DNA of 61,694 nt, the filler included, from Sphacelaria rigidula (lineage: Eukaryota), in the NCBI GenBank assembly GCA_964200075.2. It is 6 parts of 6 records of this genome, joined end to end, with 100 filler letters (N's around TTAATTAATTAA, not from the genome) between each part and the next. Parts side by side here need not be neighbours in the genome. Positions count along the whole stretch, not along the records: positions 20,601 to 30,799 come from CAXNAA020006943.1; positions 30,900 to 41,098 come from CAXNAA020006944.1; 4 more parts are not named here. One strand, written 5' to 3'. Below are positions 25,546-39,133 of this stretch, in pieces; position 1 is the first letter of the stretch, and each line of letters starts with the position of its first letter. The notes under the pieces are model-generated. The model had not been told where the DNA came from and made no database searches. It was given only the letters and a program-made list of their open reading frames with translations. A program made the position numbers and the translations under genes.

Positions 25546-26979
25546 GATATCGGTTCGGACAAGATGCTTAGCAAGTCAAGGTCTCCATGAAAAATTAGGG
25601 CGGGAGTTCGATCGTCACCTGAAACATATTTTGTTGTGTGGAAGAAATACTTTCCCCCCCCTCAAGTTGTTTATCTTTGTGCCGTTTTTTTCGCTTCAAA
25701 GTTGGCGATTTTTGGCACCCTGTAATTTTGCTCCCGTTCAAAAGGGAGGACGTTTGTTTGTTCATCAAGTTGTCCGTGTACAGCATGCTCTATATACCCA
25801 AGGCTACACTTGTGACGAGGAATTGGAAAGAAAAAACTTGCCTCCGCTCCAAACGGGAGAAAAAACGACATTTGAGTTTCTTTACTGACCACATGTTCGG
25901 GAAACCCATCCGGAGATAATAACAATTATTCGGCGGGATGAAAATTTCTCGCACCCCGTTGTAGGCCACATCTTCCAACTGTATACCCGTGGGAGCACGG
26001 CAAAATGCACATGGCACAGAAATACATGTTGTAACCCCTTCAATGACAAGAGCGATCTTATATTCGGAATATCCTACCCGATCTTAATATTTCCGGACAG
26101 AGGGAGTATATGGTAGTGGCCCTCGGAACTGTTCCTCCTGTGATTCCTACGTGATTGGCGCCCTTCTGAGAATGTATCGTTCGCCACGGCTCATGACGTT
26201 GAGGACCTGAACATAGTGGTATTCGCTGTCCATTCCAATAAAAAAACTTCCATGTGTACTGGATACTCGGTGACTTGAGGGATGCCGAAGGACGGGGGGG
26301 CTTGCCGCCTTTCAGCGGAGATTTTGACCGTGCGGTATTTTCGGTCGATCGAGCCTGTGCCTGTCCTGATCGTATTTGTGAAGCTACGTGTGAGGCAATG
26401 AAGGGGTGTGTATTTTCAATTTGTACGTAGATTTCGCACCACAGCCGAACAGCTGTGTTTAACGGTGAGTAATCCCGTCAGCATAAACGGGGTTTCTACT
26501 TGTGTCGCCCGATTACACCATACAACACTGACACCATTTGTTTTGTAAGATTGGGCGTAGAGCGTCCATTGAGAGTGGGTTCGATCATTCGCTTCGACTT
26601 CACCAAATTCTTAATCCGTGCGTGAGTTTCTTCGCCCGTAACGCTGGCGTGTGCTCACAGCTACACGTCGATATCGTAATCAAGGGCATCAACGGCCTTA
26701 GTGCGCGGAAACTGCACGTAGCATGTCGGGCGTATAGAGGGACATTTCGTAAGTGAGACTGTCCATTCCGTAATTTACGGCTTTTTATTCTCAATCGTAT
26801 CCTCCACTGTTCATGTCACGGAAACACTCTTTAATTCATGCGCTTAGTTTCAACAACGATCTGTTTCATGTATCGACATGTACCGACGCTAGCACGTTGG
26901 AGTTGCATCGAAGAGTAACAGGCTAACCCCCCCCCCAAAATAGCCCTTAACACTTCACGCACCCACTACTGCGTAGTTA

Positions 26980-28420
26980 TCTACATATTACGTGAGACAC
27001 ACTGATGTTCGGCGGAAGACAGGAGCTACTACAGTACACCGAATACAGGAGCTACTTCCGTACACCTCCGTTCCAACACAATCTCGAATGCGGCGGCAGA
27101 CCATGAAATGTATGTGGTGCATGATGCCACGGGGGGCGCCTCTCACCGGACTGGCAGCGGTATTCACTTCATCTTCGGGTGACCACTGCCCTCTCCTGTG
27201 ACGTTCCTCGCAGGGCGTGTTCATGTTAACAGACCTGGAGGTAAACTGCGAACGGCAGCGGGTGAGGACTGGTGCCATGAACCTTCCAACAGCCGGGGCC
27301 GTCTACCGATGCGTTCACCGCGGCAGTGGCCAACAGACAGGAGTACCCTATTACGGAACCCGGCCATATAGTACACAGAAAAGTTGTGTGATGGACAGCA
27401 AAATACATTGCAGTACAGGATAGAAGTGCACATGGTGATACCGAACACGACATGAAAGTGGACCCTGCACAGCACTTCACAGTACACCGCGACGAAGTAG
27501 AAAGCAGTCAAGTGCCTCACAGAATAACAGAGGGCGGCACCGTAGTGGGCGGTTCGCGATCGTTTTCAGTAAGTAACACCGGAGTTGAGTACAGTCGAGT
27601 ACTGCACCCAACACTGTCCGGCAGCACGCGACGGCGTGTTCTCCGGTATCACCGCACACTACCTCGCATGTGATCGTGGACCACCCTAATCACTACGAGG
27701 CAGCACATTACGGTGCAGTGGAGTGCAGGAGACGACGGCACGCGGCCCCACAAGACAGCGTGTCGTGTACTGCGCTTTCGCCAGACAGTGCACCTCACCG
27801 GGACGTGTTGTTCGTTGTACAGTACATGCCGGTACAGTACATGACACTCGAGTATAGACACAACAGCACAGCCCAGCACGCAACAGTGACCAGTGTGTCG
27901 CTATCCTGTCACATACCCCTTTTGACAGCACAAAACGCGTGTGGGGTTTGCGGTACAATACTGTAACATTTGAGAACAGTACACATCATGACCACGGGGC
28001 GGTGACATGGATCATCAGCTTTTATACTGAAATTTATATGCAATTTGCTGTCCTCGCCTACCACTAGACATGCTTGAACTCAATCGCGCCTTGTGGGCTG
28101 CATCCTCCACGAATCGATACAGTTTTTTTGAAGATGGGTTCTATGCGTCATGGACTACCCCGTGCACGTCGTTTGGCCTTCGAACCCCTGGCGCGGCCGT
28201 CACCACTCTGCGGACCACCACGCGACATTCCGCCCACGAGGAACTCATACAGAGTAACACCGTGCAGACTGGCCGACTCCCTAACTCATCACCTTCTCAC
28301 CCGAAAACTGGCAGCGACACTCCGCCTTGAACAAAGCTTCCCACCAGCGCCGCCTGTTGGACATGTGCTCCTTCGTGTAGGGCTACCCACCCGTGCGAGC
28401 TGAGGGTGCTTTGCAGCTGG
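26980..28420 (+). mobile_element. Candidate non-autonomous Helitron
   Basis: A|TCTACATATTAC 5' end; 3' CACCC...GGGTG hairpin followed by CAGCTGG|T (CTRR). Pairing of the two ends is inferred. Confidence 0.45.
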
Positions 28421-30899
28421 TGCTAGCTCATGTCGGGTACAATGATTCTTGTATGCGGGCGGTTCGTATTATTATTATTTTTTCTTCTATCGGCGCAACA
28501 CTGAATTGACCGCTTTCCATACTCAAAGGTGTGGATACGAAGATTTCACTTTCCGGGTTCCTCATCCCCAATAAAAGATCCATCCCCAATTTGTAAAATC
28601 CCGTGTTATGTCTCGGAGATGTCTAATCAACTCTCCTTAAAATGCCGCATGTTGTCTAGAGTCGTTCGGTGTAAAATACAACCAGGGATCTTGACTCACG
28701 AGTTGTTCTCTGGTGACTTGACCGCCCGAAGCAAGCAGCACATGGAAGTGTGGCTGGATGTGTCAACCCTCGAAGATACGATTGATTAGCTTTTATCTCA
28801 ATGCTCCATGCGTTGCACTGGCAGAACAAGTAGGACGATGCGGCCTCCTGTCAAAACACCTACTATCCGACCTCAAGACAGCCATTTAAGTCATGGCTCA
28901 AAATCTAGATGCTTTTCAACTCTTAATTCCACATCATAATACATCAAATAGCGACTACTACGTACTTGCCAGCCTCTCTCAAAACGACAGCGACCAACAC
29001 GAAGCTCCAGCCTGAATAAAGGCCGAATATTCGCCAGAGATATACACTTATCGTATCCGTCAGTCAATATTACAGTACATATGCCTCTCATGGTTGAAGC
29101 ACTCGCAGACTATGACAAGAGGCGAGAGTGCTTCATCCATACCTTCTCCCGCACCACAAAAAGTGTAGACCAACAATCCTAAGCGTTGAAGAAGTTCGGC
29201 ACAAGAGGGTGCACGGTACTCAATCAAGACAGATGCAAAGACACTACATGTAAAGGCAATAACATGATCACTCGATCGCACGGAATCCGTGCGGAGAATC
29301 CGAAACAAAAGCTCAAAAAGATGAGACTCATTCGAAAGCCCGAGTTTTCTTCGGCACGGGGGAAGATATGGTTAAACCAACAAGCAAAAACGGAAGAGAA
29401 AAAACAGAAAGGGGAGGAAAAACAGCCGGCCGATGTGAGACGTGGGATATTCGTACACGTCAAAAGAAAAGTAATTGGGTTATACACAACCATCGAAGAT
29501 AAATCCGAGGCGGATCGCCCAGCACGTTTCTGAACCACGACAAAGACACGGTAGAGAGAGGGCCAACACAGTCCACTTCTCACGGTACTTGCCCGTTCGG
29601 ACGAAGACGATCTGGTTCGCAGGCTCAAACTCTAGGAAAAACCCCAGCCGGGCTTACCGTCACGTCGTATCGTCACTCAACAACCCCTGATAAAAACAAA
29701 ACACCACCAACCAATTTCAGAGGCGGGTAACTGTACGCGAAAACTGGTGAGTGCAGTGATAAGAAAAATAGCGAGTGGCGGACTCTGAGCCTGTAGGTTG
29801 TATCAATGGTCGAACATCGACATGGTGGAACAGCAGTTCCGGAAGAGCAATCGATCCTAGCATGACACGTAATGGTCCTATATGAGGAGGCGTTTGAAAT
29901 AATATACCACGACTTCAATAACAGTTCCTCAACACCGTCACGTACGACGCGGTCGTCAGTGGTGACCACGCTGTATCCTATCAATCACCGAAACATAATC
30001 ATCCAGTTGCGTCGTATTGCATATGACCCTTCCTATAAACGAGGTCGGTTTCACGTGGGCAGGACTCGTGGACAAGTAGGCCAAGTGTTCTGGACTCGAG
30101 GGTCAGAAACGGTGGAACACTCGTGACGAAATTCCCAACATACTGGCGCAAAAAAACCGAAAGCAAAAACAATTACAAAAAATAAGAAGTGCGCTCGGCA
30201 ACAGCGAGGGAAAGATGAACGCAAAATGAAGCAGAAAATTAACACAAAATGAAGCAGAAAATTAACACGTGGCGACCGTCCCCATAAACGTAAGCGGTTA
30301 TCGCGTCTACGAGCAAGTGGACTCTCGACCCCGGGAACTACCGTCTATGGTAACATTTAACCCAACGTGAAACGCACACGAAAGAAGACGCGTCACGACC
30401 GATTCCGAAGGCGGAGGCGGTATTTCGTGTATGGAGCGATTGGACAAAAGCGCCAGTATCCCAGACGGGGGGGTCAGGCATGTCTAGCGCTCGCTCCGGA
30501 AACTCTTGACCGATAACACAAAAATAATAATCATAAACAAACAAGACAAAAGGTGCGCGGAACTGCGAAAGGAAAGAGAACAGCACGTGTTAACTGTTCC
30601 AGTATACGGAATGGTCGTGAGTGCACGGCGCGGAGGACGAAGGTTCAAATGTTCTAGGCTCGGGATCAGGAATGTTTGTGGAACGGTCGTAACGGAATGC
30701 CCCGATATATGAACCTAGAAATAACAATAAACAACAAATTGTGAGAATTGAGGTTTAACTTTGAGATGAGGCTCAAGCCTAAAACAGTGCTTTCCCCACN
30801 NNNNNNNNNNNNNNNNNNNNNNNNNNNNNNNNNNNNNNNNNNNTTAATTAATTAANNNNNNNNNNNNNNNNNNNNNNNNNNNNNNNNNNNNNNNNNNNN

Positions 30900-33690
30900 A
30901 TACGACAGCTGTCGGTATGTACGGCGCACTCGGCGGTACCCGATGACTCGCAGGAGGAGCCGGTAGTGCACCTTTCGAAGCAAGCCATAGTGTTCGCGGC
31001 GTGGGGCCCACGTCATGCATCCGTATAGTAGGGGCCTCCATCGCCTCCGCTTTCAGCAGCCGGGCCTTGAGTCTCCGTTGTGCTTTCGGTCGGTCAAAGA
31101 GCTCCCGGGAGGACTTCCTGATGCACGCCCACGCTGCTCTGCTCCGATTGTTGATTTCTTGCTTGAGTTCGCCCTCTTCATTGACGAGCCCGCCCAAGTA
31201 TCGGAAACTACGTTTCTGGGCGTATTTCTGGCCCGATGCTTCGATGATCAGCGGTGGGGGAGGTGGTGTTGGTGACTCCCCCTTCTTTGGTGCTTGCCTC
31301 GGCACTCGCATCAAGAGAGTCTCCGTCTTCTTCTCCGACACGGTCAGTCCGAAGGCCCCAAATACGCCCACTATGATGGTCATCATCCTCGTCAGTCCGT
31401 CGGGGGATGTCGAGATGACGCCGGCATCGTCGGCATACAGCATTTCTCACACCGTTCTGCGTACCCGTTCCAGCGGTGTCTCCGCCTCCGTCCCCGTCTC
31501 CTCGTCGAGATATACTATGTCCTTGGTGATGATATCATCCTCGCTGCATCGCAGGAGGACTATCTCGAGCACTGCCGCGAAGAAGATGTTAAATAGCAGG
31601 GGAGATAGTACACATCCTTGTCGCAGTCCCTGTGTGACTTCAACCCACTCCGAGAGCTCCCCGTCATCCATGCGTACGCGGGCCTTCATACCGTCGTGGA
31701 ATTGGCGGATAACGGCTATCATCTCATCTGGAATACCAGCTCGGGCCAGTACCTACCACAGAAGCTCTCGGTCGACCGAGTCATATGCCTTCTGGAGGTC
31801 GGCGAAGCACATGAACAGCGGTATTTTGCGCCGCCGTCCCAGTTCCGGGATTCGGCGCACTACGAACAGCATGTCGACGGTGGATCGGTCGGGTCGGAAG
31901 CCACATTGTTCCTCCGGTAATATCCCGTGCGTTTCGCAGTAGTCGCTGAGGCGGTTGGCCACTATCTTCAGGAGCACTTACCCTGCGTGCGATACCAGAG
32001 AGATCCCCCTGTAGTTATTGCAGTTGGACCGGTCCGATTTCTTGTACAGGATCTTGATGGTTGCATCTTTTCACTCCTGCGGGACCTCCCCTCCGTCCCA
32101 CACCTCGATAAGAATGGTATGGAAGCATTCGTGGACGATGGGCTGCGCGGCCGTCGGTCTTGAGTAGCTCCACGGGGAGGGAGTCGTGTCCTGGCGCTTT
32201 CCAGTTGTGCATCCCCCGGACTGCTCGTCTGGTTTCCTCCAGTGTTGGTGCTGCTCTGAGCGGTACTGAATCCCCGGTGGTTGACGCTGCCGGTCGCTGC
32301 TTCACCTCCTCGATGATGGCTGGGTTCAGCGTGGGCGACTTGGCGTTAAGCAAGGTGCGGAAAAATCTCGCCCACCGTTTAAGGATGGCAATTGTGTTCC
32401 TCAGTAGGACGCCGTTCTCGTCCTTTATGAACTGCTGCCCCCCGGATTGCCTTCCACCAAGACCCATCGATCTCTTGGGGTGTTTGTACAGGCCTCTCAT
32501 GTCGCGATCCTTGTAGATAACTTCTTGTCTTGCCACATACCTCTCCAGATGTGCATAGATGCCGTCAACGATTGCTGTACGCACGTTCTTACACGCGACT
32601 CTAAGTGCTTTCGACGATGCTGGGGTACGGTGATGCTTCATCAGTTGGCGTGCCTCCCGTCGTTTGGCGAGCGCTGCTTCAACTGTTGCTCTCGTGCCGG
32701 GGTTTTCACACCATTCCGGCATACGTGGTATCCGTGCCTCTTCCGGGAGAACGGTCTGCGCTGCTTCGAGGATAGCTTCGGTTATCACCTTCGCGGCCGC
32801 CGGTGCGGTGGTGATTGGTTGGTATTCTTGCTCGGCGAGGTTATGTAGGAACCTCTCGGTCACGTGCCACCTTGCCATTTTGATCCGCAGCTGCTGTCGA
32901 CTGAATTGCCGCTGCTTCGACTTGGTGCGTACTTGGCGGTTGTGGGCAATGCGGCCACCGAGGTCGACAGTGGCCACCACCATGTTGCGGTCCGAATCCG
33001 CTTTAGTCGGGGGTGCGGGTTGGGGGTGTACGACTACGTTGCGCACTCTACCTCGGTGTGCCTGCCGGGTAATGATGTAGTCTATGCGCTTGAAGTCGCT
33101 CGTGCGATTCCCCACAACACCGTTGTATGTGTGCGAGATTCCGTCTTTGCGCGTGCTAAAGAAGGTGTTCGTGATGGCTAGTTTGTTCTCGGTTGCGAAC
33201 GTTAGCAGAAGTGTCCCGTTATCGTTCAGCTCATCACGTCCATAGGCGCCTAGAACCCCGTCGTCCTCTAAGCCCTCTCCTACTTTGTCCCCCGTCCGCG
33301 CGTTGGCATCCATCAAAACATACACACATTTCTTCGACGGGATTCGCTGTACCGGATCGTCAAGTCCATCCAAGAACGCTTGTTTCGTTTCGTTCTTGGC
33401 GACTTCAGTTGGTGCATACGCAGCTACAAAATTGATCGCTCCGCTCTGTCCCAATGTTTCAAACCGCATCGCCATGAGGCGCTCGTCAACATACTCAGTG
33501 GTATAGGTGGCGTTATTGCAAATCGACTCTTTCACGGCTATACCCACACCGTGTTGCCTACCTGACTCGCTCCCCCAGCAGAAGACTCTGAACCCTGCTG
33601 CTGTACAGTCTGTTCGCCCCGCCCTTCGTGTCTCCTGCAATCCTACCACCGAGATGTTGAGTCTCGCGGCCTCGTACAAGACGCTGGTCG
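30900..33690 (-). mobile_element. RTE-type LINE ORF (APE endonuclease + RT) with in-frame stops and frameshifts
   Basis: VVGLQETRR, AYAPT, DANA, IDYI, SD.N (APE); [52 protein letters not shown] (RT). Confidence 0.95.
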
Positions 33691-34624
33691 GAAAAAATGG
33701 TTTGCACGAATAATGAGGTGCCGACAACAGATGTCGGCATAATTTTTTAACCACATGATGATCAAACTAATGGTTGACCGTCTCATCGGATCTTGTGATC
33801 GATTGCTGTTGGCAATAGGCTGATCATTGCGCAGGTACAACCGTACCACTATGGGGAGTCCACTGAATTGGTTCAGAACCAAAACAAAGGTTAACTGTGC
33901 AGCGACTACTCTGATAGTACCGTACACCGCACCGTGGTAGGCTCCCTGCAATCGCTAGTGAGACTCCGCTCATGTTGTTCTGCTTGGTATGCCTTGCACA
34001 CGCACAAAATGCCATGCATACTCACCAGGTTTTTCATCGCGACCACAAGGTAGTTTGAAAACACTACTCAGGCCACATGATTTGAGACGTGAGATGACAC
34101 CCTGGTAACGGTCAGCAAATTAGGAATATGCAACGAAATGCAAATGTAAATTTCTTCGGACACGGCACCCGTGTCTTGGCAGTCACACCCTAGACGGCGA
34201 TGCACAGACGCAATCTGAAGCATATGCCCGCACGGTCGATTGACTTGTCATGTACAGTACAGTACCACTACAACAGCCGTACATAAGAACCTATCTCCTT
34301 CACATCATGACTCAGCCCTTTTGTTCAGACCCGTGGCCGGACGCCAAATTCGCGGGCAGCGAAATCGCCTCACTTTTGTGGCGCTGATGCACAGGCGGGC
34401 TGTGGATAGTGAAGCCATTGACCCATTGCGCGTACTAGCGAAGAAGCGCGAAGAAAAGGGCTTCCTCAACGTATTTTCGTCACTACTGACCCAAAGGAAG
34501 ATCGCGGTATAATTCAGTATCCTGGCGTAAAAAACAGTAACGCACACTCAGCAGGATTTTGTTTTAATCTGTAGGTTGCAAAACCAGGAAGCACTTGCCC
34601 GCACGATCAAACTTACTGCCGACT

Positions 34625-34668
34625 AGTACTGTACGGTACAGTACAGTGCAGTACAGTACAGTACAGTA
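34625..34668. repeat. (CAGTA)n microsatellite
   Basis: GTACAGTACAGTGCAGTACAGTACAGTACAGTA. Confidence 0.85.
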
Positions 34669-36008
34669 TCGCTGCCGACAGTCAGTCATGAGTATACACG
34701 AGCCTGTGTTCTCTTCACATCAACCGTTTTGTTCAGACCCGCGGCCGAACGGTTCATCGAAACGTCGTCGGTTTTGGACTCTAAAGACAGCGAAAACTCG
34801 TCATTTTTAGCTGCTCCCCTGCAGGTGGGCCGTAGGCGATGAAGGTATTGCTATATTATCCGTGCCGTTCAAGAAACGGGGAAAAATACATTCACTCAAG
34901 GTACTTTCTCATTATCGAGAGGCGGGGGTGGGCTGTGTTGGAAATATGTAGCACAGCCTAGCTGCTTGCATTTTTGTGAGTCTTTACTCTGATAGCAAAT
35001 TAGCGGCGTAACTAATCACGTTTCGAGTAGATCAGATCGTTACGGGTAGAAGTACCGTTTCAAGTAAATCATTGAATCTTGTATCCTGGAGGTCTAACCA
35101 CGTAAGCTCGTAAGATATGACTGTGTGCTGCCAGTATTTGTAAGTGCCGTAGCTTGAGTAGGGATCTAGTCCATGAGCTGGCACTTCGCCACGCAAGTGA
35201 CACGGAAGCGTATAGTCACGTACGTATAATGCTTTGCTTTTCGTTCCAAGGTTTTGAGTGACCTCGGTTGGTGGTTATCACCGCCCCCTGCAGTCACTCT
35301 CCACCTCTACCATCATCAGTTCTCCGTTTTCAGAGGAAACTGCGTCTTCTGTCTTTGTTGGCCGCAAGCGCCCATTCAAACATCTTTTACACTTTTCTTC
35401 TTCACTCTGTGGTGCAGAAGCAACCGATTTAACCATCGGGGTGCAACCTCTGCGATACCACTGTTCATATTGAACGGTGGTCGGTCCGTTCTGCAAGAGC
35501 GTCGACCGTGATTTATTCCAACAGGCTGCGTACCGGGATGAGGAAGTTGATGAAGTCCCTTCCTTGAAGGTGTTGATTTGATACATAAATGACACAATAA
35601 TCCATCCTCTACGAACCCAGCTATGGTCACAAGACGACCGCAATAATCCGGAATAAAAAACACGACCCAGAGGAAAGAAAGTTTCAAGCATCGAATACAG
35701 AAAAGGAGCAGGAAGAAACAAAAGGCAAATGAAAGTCAAAGTCAAAACGAGGGAGAAATTAAAAAAGAGATGAAAGGGCAACGGAGACACAAAAAAGACA
35801 CTCGCCTAGATGGCGACGGAGACACCCCAAAGAATACTCGACTGAATACCCAAGCCAAGTAGGACAAGGCCATACAGGAAGTGAGGTCGATAGAGCAATA
35901 CATGAAACATCATCCCAAGGTGTGCGTCGTCATGTCACCCCCCCCCCCCCCCCCCCCCCCCCCCCGCGCGAGGCTATCCTAAGGGGTGTTGAGATGTGTA
36001 ATGGGTAT

Positions 36009-36600
36009 TTAGCCATATGAGTCAACATATCTCATTACGGGCGAACTACAAAAGCATCTCCCATAGGTCCACACTTCATCGCAGCAAGCTGCCTGACGAT
36101 AGGTGGCGTGATCCTTGGTGCGTCCAAACATCAAGTCTGATGAGCGCCGGTTGATGGAGGCGTTCTCCAACTTGTTCAGCAAGATCGTGGCGAACGTGAA
36201 CGCGTCGAACGTCATACCGGCGAGGCTAGCACATTTATTTGAAAGCTTGGAGTGGTGCTTATCGTGCACGTTCAGGTTCGCCCCGGGCAATTGCCGACAA
36301 CTGCTGAGCTCGGCGTACTTCTTGCGGCACTCCTCGTTGTGAACTGCCCTCGTGAGGCCCATCGGGTCCGAGGAACATTTCGCTATTCCAACAGGAGTAT
36401 GGGCGGGGTCCGCCAACCCTCGACTCTCGCCAGAAGTTGAATGAGATACGATAGCCGGGCATCACGCCGTTGTCGTTCGTTCCCCCTACCCCTGAATCCG
36501 TGGACAAAGATATTTGCAGGGCCTGAGCAGAATGTTTGGCCACCCCACGCTCTACTCCAGCTCGGATCAAGCGCTCTGCGATGACCAAACGCACGACCAA
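36009..36600 (-). pseudogene. Possible KDZ (Kyakuja-Dileera-Zisupton)-like transposase C-terminal fragment
   Basis: AVHNEECRKKY...ANLNVHDKHHSKL...MTFDAFTF..LLN resembles the KDZ H..C...Y...N...EQ..S.L...M...F pattern, with E changed to D/H. Confidence 0.4.
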
Positions 36601-37429
36601 AAGCGGGAGTAGCGATCAGCGAACGCAGCAGTATCACACGCAATGGTATTGCTGGTCAAACGCAAGATATCCCGAAGTCCGATCCCGCCCGGATTACGGC
36701 GATCAACAGCAACAAATTCGCGGAAACGTAAAGCGTGAAAAATACATCGCAAAAAAGAACAATCTTGGAAAGTAAGAGGGGCGAGAGCGAGGTGTAAAGA
36801 TGATGTACAGAAGGCCTCAAAATTACCTCCGGGCCCGCGTAGGGTCGAAGTGCTCGGTTACTGAACGTTAGACTACATGCAAGAGAAGCACTACCCCCGT
36901 ATAACAAAAGTCGTTGTCGTCCCACCTGAGTGACGCTTGTCATTCCGACCACCTTCAACCTGAAGACTACCCGCGATACTCTCAACGTTCAACTGGCGAT
37001 GTCAGTTCGAACATCGCGCCGGGGGGGGGGAGGTGAGGGAGGGCGGCGGGAGGTAAATAGCATTAGATAAATAGCTTCAGAATTCCAGAAGTAAGCTGCG
37101 TAGGTAAATAAATGTCTTTACCATCGGCGATAAACCATCTGCACTACCCGAACTGCTTGCACGAGTACCACAGAGTCTCTAGCCAACCCTCTCCCGTAAA
37201 CAAAATAGCCAAACTAGAGAGAATAGTACCGGTTGCTACAACACCAACACGACATACCCCAACCACTACCGAGACGCAGGTAAATATATGACGAGCATAA
37301 ACGATAAACCGAATAGTGCTTAGAGATAGCATAACATTGACCACCTTTCAATAACCAACTTAGGTCATTCAAATAGTGCGACAACACATGCCGCAAAATC
37401 GTAGAAAGTACGTGAAACGTACCAGCTTT

Positions 37430-37900
37430 TCATCGGAAGAGTAGATGTTTCAAGGATCGGCCCGGTACCGTATACCCGATATCCTCAATACTATTTCTTT
37501 TGGGCAAGTCATTGCGATTGTACTTCACCACCACTACCACCTGGGAATGTTTACGGTATAATTGTTTGTCGTGGTTTCTCCCAGCGTGTGCACGGTGTGC
37601 CCCACTCTGCGGCATGTCATGAATGGAAAATGAAAAATGTTTCACGATTACTGCTGCAATTCTGGTGCTATAGACGAGGACGGGTTGAAACCTACGCACG
37701 ACATCTCACGCATTCACGATACAGGGTACACGAGCCGCATATTCCTAAAAGGACCAGTCGGTTCGAGGCCTTTACTGCTCACCTGACGCCATCGGTCCGA
37801 GAGCATAGCATGCGGGCGCCGTTCTCGACCACAGCGGCGCGCATCAAGCTTGTCGATATCGACATGGGAGACGTTATGCCTCCGTTGCGCCCTGTTCAAA
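37430..37900 (-). mobile_element. Degraded Copia pre-integrase/integrase fragment
   Basis: HVDIDKL...GLEPTGPFR resembles GAG-pre-integrase VDIN.FH...GVELTG.L; weak downstream similarity. Confidence 0.35.
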
Positions 37901-38088
37901 ACGGGGGCACTTTCTGCCGAATCCTGCGCCTCTTGGCGATCCGAGAACGTTGCATTGCACTAGTTGGGCTTTTCTTCCGACTCGTACCATTTTCCTGTAT
38001 GCATTTCGTTAAACATAAATGCAGGTTCCACGGATAGGAAGGGAGGGGGTGTACTCATAGTCATGCATGCTATACTCATAAGACCATT

Positions 38089-39133
38089 GACCTCGCATCC
38101 CTACAAAGCCGGGATGGAGCACCCCGGGTTTTCGCCGGACCAGGCTCGCACTCAATCACGAAGCGCGAAGCGCCGTGGTGTGTGTGGCGATTAGCATGGA
38201 GGGTGAACTGCATCCTGCCAAGACCGTTCGACCCGAAGCCTTCTGAAAATTATCTCGCATTTGGATAATAGCCTCCAATGAGTTGCTTCATGTTCTGGTA
38301 TCGCCACTTGCTGAGACAGCCACGGCTTATACGCTGCGTCATGGGTGTCTCACCATTTAAACACTACGTAGTACGATCATGCCCATTGTGCGGAGTTGAG
38401 GTTCTTTCACGCCGCACAACATGATCTAGCTCGGCTAACATCATGGTTACCGCAAAGACAACGCCAGAGCGTAAAAAACAAAACGGAAGGGAGGGGGGGG
38501 GGTGTAATTCGTTAGAGGGCTGCGTGCTTAGAGGACCGCATCGGAATCTGAATACCCCTACGGTTAGGGTTAGAGTTAGGGTTAGTGTTGGGGTTAGGGG
38601 CGTGGTACCTGCAGGGGCTGACCAGATTGGGTTCGAAAAACGTCAATCCTGACGTGTTTTGAACTACGGTGCGGTCCTCTAAGCACGCGGTCCTCTCACG
38701 CATTACAGGGGGGGTGTAATCATGATCTTGCCTGGTATAGTGATATGTGTATATATATATATGACTACTGACCTTGCATCCCAACAAAAGCCGGGACGGA
38801 GCACGCCGGGTTTTCGCCAGACAGGCTCGCAACCAATCGCCAAGCGCAAAGCGCCGTGGTATGCTCGGCGAGTCGCATGAAGGGTGAGCTGCATCCTGCT
38901 AAGATTGTTTGGCCCGAAGCCTACTGAGTATCTCGCACTTGGATGGCAGCCTTCGATGAGTTGCTTCATTTTCAAGTATCGTCACTTCCACCGACAGCCA
39001 CGGCTTATACACTGCCCTTATAGGGGTCTCACCATTAAACACTACATCGTACGATCATCTCCTTGGCGCGGAATCGGGGTTCTCCCACCCCGCACAATAT
39101 GACCGAGCTCGACCACAATCATCGTTACCGCGA
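38089..39133. repeat. Two diverged direct copies (~365 bp; 38089-38455, 38769-39133) of a SINE-like dispersed repeat; partial third copy near 39252
   Basis: Both run TGACC..GCATCC..AAAGCCGGGA.GGAGCAC...CCGCACAA.ATGA...AGCTCG...GTTACCGC followed by an A-rich tract. Confidence 0.8.
38503..38707 (-). mobile_element. TGT...ACA MITE with internal TTAGGG repeats
   Basis: TIRs ~37 bp; GGTTAGGGTTAGAGTTAGGGTTAG inside; G-runs on both flanks. Confidence 0.9.

Noticed and set aside
17581-26917. TACTCTTC / GAAGAGTA as Academ terminal inverted repeats
   Set aside because: On different contigs separated by an artificial spacer; short match with no TSD.
28750-30790. Additional degraded LINE on the minus strand
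   Set aside because: Only faint RT-like fragments; too weak to call by eye.
31001-31942. 313-aa plus-strand ORF (also 24470-25312 and 60905-61309)
   Set aside because: Antisense shadows of GC-rich TE coding sequence.
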